Below, in pieces: positions 54,224 to 62,348 of a stretch of DNA of 64,000 bases. Made by a program: the position numbers and the translations under genes. The stretch's first letter is position 1. Each line of letters opens with the position of its first letter. This DNA comes from a virus (Duplodnaviria > Caudoviricetes), in the IMG/VR virus record IMGVR_UViG_3300032269_001670, positions 21,708-85,707 of that record. One strand, 5' to 3'. The notes below the pieces were generated by a model. It was not told the DNA's origin and made no database searches. It was given only the letters and a program-made list of their open reading frames with translations.

Positions 54224-55152
54224 CGAATGGATGTCCTAATGTAAGCATCAAGCATAAGCGTTGCGGCAAGCGGTATCGATGCCAATGGATCTCGCTTAAC
54301 CCTTGAGCCACCGGAACCGGCCTGATCAGCATAGATCTCCATCTCCCCGACGCGCAGGCGGCTGATACCCTGGAGGCCCTGCTTAGTAACGTTGTCTTTT
54401 GCCAACAGGTCAACGGTAATGAGTGCCGTTGCGTCTTTGATGTCCTGTGGGATATTTGTCTTTCCGTGGGTATAAGTAATCTCCGCCACCGGCTCAATCA
54501 TGCCAAGGGCGACAATTGCTGGGAAAAGAGAATAGGTAACGTTGGCCAGGCTAGTAATTTCAATATAGCCACGGTCGTCATTGATAAAAATGTCGTTAAC
54601 GGTAAACGCAGCAGATTGCTGCGCGCTAACGTAGATCCTAACAGCCTCCACAGAAATAACATTCTTATGGCGCGGATAGATACGACGAGTATGCTGATCC
54701 CACTTATGGCGTTCTACGGATCGCCTATGGTCAAAAGAGTACCCAACGTACGAATCAACCATGGAGCTGGCCATCTTGACCATCGAGCGGATCTTTTGAT
54801 CGCTTACCTCGGTGCCGTCTGGCAAACTGAGGTCACCGATCTCGTACTCTCGAAACTCTGAGACATTTAGATATCCTTCCACCCGCCCAACGATGTTGAT
54901 ACTCCATGATCCTGTTGCGTTTGTGCCGGAGTGGTTAAGACGGTAGGAGTAAAAATGTGTTGCATCCCCCTCTACGTCTGTATAGGTATACGAAGAGACG
55001 TTGGCCACGAGGGGGGTGTATCCGAGCAGTTCCCACGTTCCAGACTTTGCCGTTGCGTCATCTTCTGTATCGGCTCGCCCAACCTGAATACGGTTGTACG
55101 TGGCGATATCAGAGATAATTCCCGGTACAGAGAGCGTCACGAGGCTGGCCAT
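54220..55152 (-). CDS. Head-tail connector with N-terminal FN3/Ig-like domain
   Basis: ASSMVDSYVG...ITYTHG...IPQDIKDATAL; N-terminal YTYTD...YSYRL. Confidence 0.78.
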   Translation of the reverse strand: MASLVTLSVPGIISDIATYNRIQVGRADTEDDATAKSGTWELLGYTPLVANVSSYTYTDVEGDATHFYSYRLNHSGTNATGSWSINIVGRVEGYLNVSEFREYEIGDLSLPDGTEVSDQKIRSMVKMASSMVDSYVGYSFDHRRSVERHKWDQHTRRIYPRHKNVISVEAVRIYVSAQQSAAFTVNDIFINDDRGYIEITSLANVTYSLFPAIVALGMIEPVAEITYTHGKTNIPQDIKDATALITVDLLAKDNVTKQGLQGISRLRVGEMEIYADQAGSGGSRVKRDPLASIPLAATLMLDAYIRTSIR

Positions 55153-55200
55153 TTATCTGCCCTTTGCTATTCCCGGCAGTGCCGGTAAATGATTCAACGT

Positions 55201-55506
55201 TTAGAGCGCACGAACCCATTCAACCCATTCAGCGGGAACGGCAGCCCGAGTGGCGCCATTGAGCTGAACTGGGCGAACCCAGGTTCCATCTGGGAGGGTG
55301 AACGACTGTGTTACCCGGACGTTGATTTGCCATACGCCTGGAAGAACCTCAAACTCGTCTGCCTGGGCAGTGACTTTGACCGGCTCAACAGCTGCAGTTG
55401 GGGAAACCGGCTCAACAACCGGCTCAGGAACAACAACCGGCTCAGCCTCAACGACCGGCTCCGGCTTATCGTCCTCAATGCCCAAGATATCCTTGATGTC
55501 AACCAT
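55201..55506 (-). CDS. Small acidic Pro/Glu/Val-rich virion-associated protein
   Basis: Start re-assigned to ATG 55506 after TAAGGAG. Confidence 0.65.
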   Translation of the reverse strand: MVDIKDILGIEDDKPEPVVEAEPVVVPEPVVEPVSPTAAVEPVKVTAQADEFEVLPGVWQINVRVTQSFTLPDGTWVRPVQLNGATRAAVPAEWVEWVRAL

Positions 55507-55522
55507 GAGAGTACTCCTTATC

Positions 55523-55753
55523 TCAGATGCGTTTGCATCCGTGTTGCTCGACCTCTGGAAGGAGGCGAAGCGGGATTTTGGCCTTTCCATTGACGAATCG
55601 GATTACCAAGTCGTCTGAAAGCATAATTGTTTTTCCGCCGTCCCAGGTAATTTCTACCAGGTATTCGGGGTTTCGTGCAATAGCATGAGCAATTGCTTTC
55701 TTGGCCATGATTTCGTGATGCGGGATTTTCCTGTTTTTTCGTCTTTTTGCCAT
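55523..55753 (-). CDS. Small basic protein
   Basis: SD GAGGT; follows the capsid terminator. Confidence 0.7.
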   Translation of the reverse strand: MAKRRKNRKIPHHEIMAKKAIAHAIARNPEYLVEITWDGGKTIMLSDDLVIRFVNGKAKIPLRLLPEVEQHGCKRI

Positions 55754-55767
55754 AGTTACCTCAAAGC

Positions 55768-55798
55768 AAAGGGGGCGGGGTCACTCACCCCGCCCCCC
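55768..55798 (-). terminator. Hairpin terminator after the capsid gene
   Basis: GGGGGCGGGGT / ACCCCGCCCCC stem followed by a short T-run on the minus strand. Confidence 0.7.
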
Positions 55799-55822
55799 AG
55801 GCATTTCAGAGACCGATGCCTC

Positions 55823-57052
55823 TTAGATCGAAACGCGGATCTTCCCGTTGAACTGCGGGGTCTTGTTGGCAAGACCGTACATGCAGTACATGATGTAGAG
55901 GCGCGAAAGGGCGCCGTTCACACCAACTGGAATCTCGAGCGTCGTGATCGAGTCCGAACCAAGGTACGGCATCGACCAGACCGACTCGTCCACGACATAC
56001 ATGTCGCGGTAAGCCGTCGAGCTATAGGTGTACGTCCCGATTGCATCGCCAGGAACGGCCAGGAGCGGAAGCTCGCCGGCAGCCGTGACAACGGAACCAA
56101 GACCAAGGCCCATCTGCTCGCCCGCTCGGCTTGCGCCGGTATAGCGAACAAGGTTCGTGACCTCGTTGACCAAGCCGGCGTAGTCGGCTGGGTTCACAAG
56201 GATTGCCGATGGGTTGCCACCAGCGCTGAGGATGTCAGCAACGTTGTTGTTGATGACGCTCAGGTAAGCAGCGGTACCCTTGTTTGCGATCTGGGCAGTA
56301 CCGGCCGCAGCTCCGAGGAGCTTGCGGAGGCCGTCAAAGCCGTTTGCATCGTAGGCACCGAGCTCGGTAGCCGCGCCCGCACCGGAAGTGGTGTTGGCGT
56401 TACCCTGGAAGAGGGTCTTCTGAAGCTTGTGGGCGATGGCAGTGACGCCACCCTCAAGCTCGGTCGAAAGGCCCTGCTGCCCCGGGGCGCCGCCCTGGGT
56501 AATCGCAAACTGCGACTTCAGGGTGATACCACGGCGGGTTGCCAAAACGGCCACGTTGGTCGTCTGGCGGGCGTAGGTGTTCACGTCGTCCGTGACCGTG
56601 CCGGTCTCAGTCTGGAACACCGCATCGCCGTAAGCAGTCTGCTGATTGAACGCATGCACAAGGCCGTTTGCCGGCTCCTTGCGAAGGCGCTCAAAGAACG
56701 GGAACTTCTTAACAAAGATCGCGTAAAGGATTGGCTCGAGATCCTGGCGGATAAGCGCCGCGCCGCCGCTGGCATCGAGCAGCTTGGCAATGTTCGGGTT
56801 CGCAACCGCAAGGCGGTTAAGAACATCGGACGAAGCCTGCTTGCCCGCTTCGCGGGTGGCCTGGATGTCGAGCGCCTCGCCAAGTTCCATGCGGCTCATC
56901 TTCGAGAACTTCTTGCGAAGCTCGCGCTGAGTAGCATAGGCCTCGGCGACATCAATGGACTCGTCGGCAACACGGCCGACAAGGTGCGGAGCATTGCCAA
57001 GGGTTTCAAGACCCTTCGCAACTTCCTGCAACTTCTCGTTGAGTTCGCTCAT
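55823..57052 (-). CDS. Major capsid protein (HK97 fold)
   Basis: Follows the protease; strong C-ending codon bias; GAALIRQDLE..., AIAHKLQKTLFQG, GFDGL. Confidence 0.9.
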   Translation of the reverse strand: MSELNEKLQEVAKGLETLGNAPHLVGRVADESIDVAEAYATQRELRKKFSKMSRMELGEALDIQATREAGKQASSDVLNRLAVANPNIAKLLDASGGAALIRQDLEPILYAIFVKKFPFFERLRKEPANGLVHAFNQQTAYGDAVFQTETGTVTDDVNTYARQTTNVAVLATRRGITLKSQFAITQGGAPGQQGLSTELEGGVTAIAHKLQKTLFQGNANTTSGAGAATELGAYDANGFDGLRKLLGAAAGTAQIANKGTAAYLSVINNNVADILSAGGNPSAILVNPADYAGLVNEVTNLVRYTGASRAGEQMGLGLGSVVTAAGELPLLAVPGDAIGTYTYSSTAYRDMYVVDESVWSMPYLGSDSITTLEIPVGVNGALSRLYIMYCMYGLANKTPQFNGKIRVSI

Positions 57053-57056
57053 GATT

Positions 57057-59168
57057 TTACTCCTCGCTGTCCAGCATGCGCTGGATGACGGGCGAAAGCC
57101 AAGGGGCCTTCGTCCCGGAATTGTTTGTAGGAACTGAATACGACTTGCGACCCGATGGGAGATCCATCAGTCGCCCGACGACATCAAGTGCCTTTGCAAG
57201 ATCAGCCTCGACCGTGGCCTTCTGGCTAAGTAGTTCGGTCAGCTGAGCCTTGACGGCTGCGACCTCCTGCTGAGCGGCAAAGGCTGCATCCAGCGCAGAC
57301 TTGGCGATAGCGGTTACCTCGTCGACAGCCGGAGCCTCGACAGCAACCTCAGCCTCAGGCTCTACAGGTGCCACAACTGGCTCCTCTACAACCTCAGGCG
57401 CAACTTCAGGCTTTGGCTCTTCGGCCTCCACCGCAGCCTCCGGCTCGCCATCAGCGGCAAGCTCAGCGACCTTAGAAATGATTCGCGCGCGCTCACCAGC
57501 GCTGGCGCGAACAAGGACGGCCCCAAGATCCTGCAGAACCTGGACAGCCGGATCAACGGCTTCCTCGGCAGCAGGCTCATCAGCGGCGGGCTCTTCAGCG
57601 GCAGGCTCAACGGCCGGCGCTTCAACCACGGGCTCCGCTACGGGCTCGGTGTCAGACTTGGCAATGTCAGCTGGGGCCTCTACGGCCTCGGCATCAATGG
57701 CCTGGTTTTCTTCTGCGGGCTTAACCTTTTCCTTGTCATCGCTTTGCGTGACAGTGACGGTGACCCGCGTGGCCTTTTCAGTATCCACGATAGTGTCTCC
57801 TTCAGTACCGCCCTCTTCTGGGGCCTCTGGTGTCTCAGCCGGTTCTGGCTGAGACTCTTCAGGGGCCAAAGAAGCACGAAGCTGCCATGACCACTTTTGA
57901 TGCATATCCTGGCGCTCTGCCAGGAAGTTAAGAATACCCTGCATGTTGAGGCGGGTAGCCTCACCAATGGCATGGGCGATGCAATCAAGAACCATCTCGT
58001 TAGCGGCGTAGACCGCCTCAGCAAGGCTCTCTTCGTCGTTGTCGTCTGCAACTGGCTCACCTTCGGCTCGAGAGGCAATCTCGCGGATATCGCCAAGGGC
58101 AGGAGCATTTAGTTTACGCAAGAGCTCAGCCGTTGGATCAATGGCCTCTTGAGCGTCTTCGTAGATCTCCCCAAACAGCTCGTGATACTCGCTAAAATCT
58201 TCACCAACAACGTTCCAATGGGCGCCATGCGCCTTAAGATAGAACGAAACCGTATCAGCAAGAAGGTCCTGCAACGCATTAACAAGAGCGGCGCGCTCAG
58301 GGGCTGGCTGACCTTCAACTTCAACAGCCTTCGTGTCAAATTCAAAAATACCCTTCAGGGAGTCAATCTTGCGCAAGGTGGAGCACTTATGCCCAACTAG
58401 CGTGTCGGTCTCCGCCCATCCATCGGCAGCCTCGCGCCAAATGCGGATAAGGGCAGCCGGATCTTCTGGCGTAGCCTCAATCTTGAAGTCAGAGTCCGGA
58501 ACACCAAGGGTGCCCTCGCGCATTACATGCTCAATGCGCCCTCGCGCGGTTCCGCCACTGGAGCCCCAGGAGACAAAATCTCCCTCAACCAAATCGGTTG
58601 CTGCTTTCTCATCAACGACAAGCTCGCCGGACTTCTCTGCAGCCTTGAGACTCTTGATAGCGTTCTGAAGGTATGAGCGCTGGTTGGCAGGAATGCCGAC
58701 GACAGATGCCTCCATCAGCTTGACTGAGTCGATAACATAGCTATCTTCACCAGTCTTTGCGTCCTTCTTCTTGGAGACGCGATCAACACGGGCACCGATG
58801 GATAGGCCAAGTTTGACGCCGCGCTTAATAGCCTTGTAGGCGCGCATAGCCTCTGGGTTCTCGTCCTCTTTGCAAACAAGGACATCAATGTCGAGGTCAT
58901 AGACCTCGGAGTTTGTCTCAGCATCAAAACGCTTGACAACGCGGGCATCGGTAACAGAGCCAAAAAGGTCCTCTGGCACATTGTAGTTATGGTTAAGAAA
59001 GATCGTCATATTCTGCTTGGCGGTGTCTGCCATCGTTCGGATAGCATTCAGCGTCATCTCGTCGCCATGCAGATCTCGGATCGTTGATGAGGTCGTCCCG
59101 GTGACATAGAGCTCGCCGTCTGACGCCTCATATGCCTTTAGGGCATTGGTGTACACCTTGAAATCCAC
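57057..59168 (-). CDS. HK97-type prohead protease fused to TUDOR-like, Dps/ferritin and acidic scaffold domains
   Basis: FLNHN...GLSIGA...LMEASVVGIPAN protease; HWNVVG..F..YHELF..IY......D...E Dps motif. Confidence 0.9.
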   Translation of the reverse strand: MDFKVYTNALKAYEASDGELYVTGTTSSTIRDLHGDEMTLNAIRTMADTAKQNMTIFLNHNYNVPEDLFGSVTDARVVKRFDAETNSEVYDLDIDVLVCKEDENPEAMRAYKAIKRGVKLGLSIGARVDRVSKKKDAKTGEDSYVIDSVKLMEASVVGIPANQRSYLQNAIKSLKAAEKSGELVVDEKAATDLVEGDFVSWGSSGGTARGRIEHVMREGTLGVPDSDFKIEATPEDPAALIRIWREAADGWAETDTLVGHKCSTLRKIDSLKGIFEFDTKAVEVEGQPAPERAALVNALQDLLADTVSFYLKAHGAHWNVVGEDFSEYHELFGEIYEDAQEAIDPTAELLRKLNAPALGDIREIASRAEGEPVADDNDEESLAEAVYAANEMVLDCIAHAIGEATRLNMQGILNFLAERQDMHQKWSWQLRASLAPEESQPEPAETPEAPEEGGTEGDTIVDTEKATRVTVTVTQSDDKEKVKPAEENQAIDAEAVEAPADIAKSDTEPVAEPVVEAPAVEPAAEEPAADEPAAEEAVDPAVQVLQDLGAVLVRASAGERARIISKVAELAADGEPEAAVEAEEPKPEVAPEVVEEPVVAPVEPEAEVAVEAPAVDEVTAIAKSALDAAFAAQQEVAAVKAQLTELLSQKATVEADLAKALDVVGRLMDLPSGRKSYSVPTNNSGTKAPWLSPVIQRMLDSEE

Positions 59169-59189
59169 AGTTACCTCCAGTGGTATTGA

Positions 59190-59284
59190 GAGATCTTGCG
59201 CGCAATCACTGATCTCGTCAATGAGACGATTATCTCATCTGTTTTTGCAGTTTACACAAACTGCTGGGATTTTGAAAGAAATCC
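59190..59284 (-). ncRNA. Four consecutive hairpins in the leader of the head operon
   Basis: GGATTT/AAATCC, GCAGTTT/AAACTGC, ATGAGA/TCTCAT, GAGATC/GATCTC around TTGCGCGCAA. Confidence 0.45.
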
Positions 59285-59387
59285 TTACCCAAGTTTTTAA
59301 CAAACAAGCTGCCTAGACGACAATACATGGATGTTCTGCGGCACGTACCACAGTAGATGACTGCTGTCAGCCTTTATAGTATTGACT

Positions 59388-59804
59388 ATGGAACATGACA
59401 AGCACCATCGACCCCGGGACCTAGAGGAGCATGGCCTGTGCGTGCTTTGTGCCGAGATCCGAGAGCGCGGACGCGAGGTCCGGGAGCTTGCCTCGGCGCT
59501 TATCCGTTTGCAGAAGACGATTGCCCCAGTTCTTGAAGAATATCAGAAAGTCAAGCGCTCCCACCCCAAGTGTTCCTGCTGCGGGATTATGACCGGCCCG
59601 CACCACTGGATTTCCAACACCGTCCCAGAACCCATGGTCCCACGGGCCAAGGGTCAAAAGCGCTACTCAGTGTGTGAGTTCTGCTACAGCGACCTCAAAG
59701 CCGCTCGACGAAGCGTCCCCCAGCAGCGAAAGCACGACATTGACATCGATCAGGCGTTCCGCGAGCTGGACAAACTTGACGGCATTGAAGAGGACGAAAT
59801 TTGA
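59388..59804 (+). CDS. Zinc-finger plus coiled-coil protein
   Basis: CVLC, CSCC, CEFC; TATAGT(59375-80) 7 nt upstream suggests a leaderless start. Confidence 0.75.
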   Translation: MEHDKHHRPRDLEEHGLCVLCAEIRERGREVRELASALIRLQKTIAPVLEEYQKVKRSHPKCSCCGIMTGPHHWISNTVPEPMVPRAKGQKRYSVCEFCYSDLKAARRSVPQQRKHDIDIDQAFRELDKLDGIEEDEI

Positions 59805-60022
59805 CACCCCCCATCCATACGACCATCGAGGTCGATTTTACAGACGGCCGGCAGGTAGTCCCTGACTGGTGGGGGAAATATCTGCTACCATATACAGATG
59901 GCTACCGAGGCGGTAGACGGGTCGTCTCTTGCACAAAAGCAGAGATGCAAGACATTATAAACCGACGTATGACCGACGACATCTTCTGGTCGGCAGTTCG
60001 GCGTAGCAAGAACGGACGGTAG
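59801..60022 (+). CDS. Hypothetical protein
   Basis: TTGA overlap after GAGG; directly upstream of the portal. Confidence 0.65.
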   Translation: MTPPIHTTIEVDFTDGRQVVPDWWGKYLLPYTDGYRGGRRVVSCTKAEMQDIINRRMTDDIFWSAVRRSKNGR

Positions 60023-60024
60023 GC

Positions 60025-62199
60025 ATGGCGGAAAACCGCTCACTCTTTGGCCGCATCCTTGGCGGCGTTGGCATTTCCTTTGGCGGCTCAGAGAAGGCGC
60101 TTAGTACGGTGCCGGACTATGACTCGTCTCCATATGCCCGTGGCGTTGCCGGTGTTGCACACGCCCAAAAACGCAGCACCCAACAGCTCCGACGATGGTC
60201 GCGCACCAATCCATGGATTCGTGCTGCCATTAACCTTCGCCGCACTCAAGTTAGCCGCGCAAAGTGGGATATTGTTTCCGTTGACTCAGACAGCCCGGTT
60301 AATGCAGCAAAAGTTGATCAGATCAAAAAGCTTCTGCGCATGCCAAATGATCGCATGGATTCATGGCGCTCACTCATGGAGCCGATCATCGAGGACATTC
60401 TTGTCCTTGATCAAGGCGTCATTGAGGTTGAGACAACCAAGGGCGGACGCATTGGCCTGAAGAGCAACCCAGTTGCTGGCCTGTATGCCAAGGATGGCGC
60501 AAAGATTGTGTTTGACTCGGCCTGGGATGGCAGCGACCCGAAGAAGCCACGCTATTACGAAATGGCAGAGGATGGCCGAGAGGTCGAGGCATACCTGAAC
60601 CATGAGTTGATTGTTATTATTTCTAACCCGGTGACGTACACCCCGCTTGGGCTTTCGCCGCTGGAGGTTCTCGCCGACACTATTGAGTCCGATCTTGCCG
60701 CAGCTGCCTACAACGCAAAGGCCGTGATGGCTGCCGCGCCTCCTGGGGTTCTGCACCTTGGAGAGGGCGTTCGTCCGGATCAAGTTGATGCATTCCGTGC
60801 CTACTGGGACGCCGAGATTGCCGGTCGCAGCCAGATTGCCATTACGGGCGGCGGTAAGGGGATTCAGTGGATGCCACTTGCTTCGTCAAACCGCGACATG
60901 CAGTTCATGGAATGGCAAGTCTATCTTGCCCGAAAGATCTGCGCTGTCTTTGGCGTGCAGCCACAGGACATTGGCATCGGCTTTGACGTCAACCGAGCTT
61001 CGGCAGACGTTGGCGCGGCCTTTACCCAGGATGTCGGCATCGCTCCGTTGCTTGACCTTATTGCCGAGTACATGACGCGCGAGATTGTCTGGCGCTATGA
61101 CGAGAATCTACGTTTTGCCTACACCGAAATGGGCAAGCAAAGCCAGGCTGAGATGTCTGCATATTACAAGCAGGCATTAGCCGGCCTTCCATGGCTTCGC
61201 CTTAATGACGCCCTCCGAGAGCGTGGACAGGATGGCGTTGGCGAGCAGGGTGAGCAGATTTGGCTACCAAGTCCTCAGGGCTACATGCCAATGGATGTCT
61301 ATATGAAGTATCTGGACAATCTTGTATCTGGCGGAGCTCAGCCGTCACCTGATGGCAATACCCCTCCAACAGCAAACAATCCGCAGGGCGTTCCCTCACC
61401 AGACCAGGGTCAGAACATGGTTCCGGACAACACGCCGTCCAACAGCCCGCAGTCGCAGACGTCAAAGGCTGATGGCGACCCAATCATTGTTTGCGATATT
61501 GATGGCACGCTGACCGTTCATGACGGAAGCAACGAGCCTAACGAGGCTGTGGTTGGGTATCTGCAGCGGCAGGCAGACAATCATCGTATCTTTATCGTCA
61601 GCGCACGATCTTCCAAGCGCCTGGATGAGACACGCCAGTGGCTTGAGGACAATGACGTTCCGCACGATGCCATCTATCTCTCTGACTTCCCGACTGGAGC
61701 TGGCCTGCAGTTCAAGAAGTACAAGATCTCCAAGATTCTCAAGGAAAGCGGCAATGTGACCGAGGCAATCGAAAACGATGCTGAGGTGCGCGCAGCCTAC
61801 AAGGCAGCCGGCGTTCAAAACGTTCACGGTCCAGATGAGGTTGCCAGCAAGTTTGCTGCAGCTGATTACTCTGGGATCAATCTGAACGTTCCGTCCGCAG
61901 TTCAAGCTGAGGCGAAGCGTGGTTTGAAGTGGCGCGAGGAGTTTGGTCGCGGTGGCATTGGGCCTGGTCAGACCACGGCTCATATGCTTATCGGCAACAA
62001 GATGACCATTGCTCGCGTACGCAAGATGCGCGCCTTCCTGGCGCGACATGAAGTTGATAAGCAGGGCGAGGGATTCAATCCTGGAGAGAAGGGCTACCCT
62101 TCTGCCGGTCGTATTGCCTGGGCGCTATGGGGCGGCAACCCTGGCCAGTCGTGGGCTAACAAAGTAATGCGACAGGTCGAAGCCCGCGAAAAGCGCTAA
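60025..62199 (+). CDS. Portal protein fused to a HAD phosphatase-like domain and an unnamed C-terminal domain
   Basis: Portal motifs (GLSPLE, PPGVL, ICAVFGVQP); VCDIDGTL...VSAR...FKK...IEND HAD motifs. Confidence 0.9.
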   Translation: MAENRSLFGRILGGVGISFGGSEKALSTVPDYDSSPYARGVAGVAHAQKRSTQQLRRWSRTNPWIRAAINLRRTQVSRAKWDIVSVDSDSPVNAAKVDQIKKLLRMPNDRMDSWRSLMEPIIEDILVLDQGVIEVETTKGGRIGLKSNPVAGLYAKDGAKIVFDSAWDGSDPKKPRYYEMAEDGREVEAYLNHELIVIISNPVTYTPLGLSPLEVLADTIESDLAAAAYNAKAVMAAAPPGVLHLGEGVRPDQVDAFRAYWDAEIAGRSQIAITGGGKGIQWMPLASSNRDMQFMEWQVYLARKICAVFGVQPQDIGIGFDVNRASADVGAAFTQDVGIAPLLDLIAEYMTREIVWRYDENLRFAYTEMGKQSQAEMSAYYKQALAGLPWLRLNDALRERGQDGVGEQGEQIWLPSPQGYMPMDVYMKYLDNLVSGGAQPSPDGNTPPTANNPQGVPSPDQGQNMVPDNTPSNSPQSQTSKADGDPIIVCDIDGTLTVHDGSNEPNEAVVGYLQRQADNHRIFIVSARSSKRLDETRQWLEDNDVPHDAIYLSDFPTGAGLQFKKYKISKILKESGNVTEAIENDAEVRAAYKAAGVQNVHGPDEVASKFAAADYSGINLNVPSAVQAEAKRGLKWREEFGRGGIGPGQTTAHMLIGNKMTIARVRKMRAFLARHEVDKQGEGFNPGEKGYPSAGRIAWALWGGNPGQSWANKVMRQVEAREKR

Positions 62200-62348
62200 T
62201 GGCCGACAAGTTTTATCATCAACAGCCATGCTTCTGCATCCCATGTCGCGTGCTGAAAAAGTCGGGTGAAAAGCTGCCACAGGCTGCTATACTCCCTGAC
62301 GATGAAAAGCCCAAGAAAGCAAAGCCCAAGCGCGGCAAAAAGGCTTAG
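62199..62348 (+). CDS. 49-aa basic protein with CxCxxC
   Basis: Not in the track; TAATG coupling to the portal gene. Confidence 0.6.
   Translation: MADKFYHQQPCFCIPCRVLKKSGEKLPQAAILPDDEKPKKAKPKRGKKA

Noticed and set aside
55685-57088. 467-aa plus-strand ORF
   Set aside because: Antisense shadow of the strongly codon-biased capsid gene; no SD or recognisable motif.
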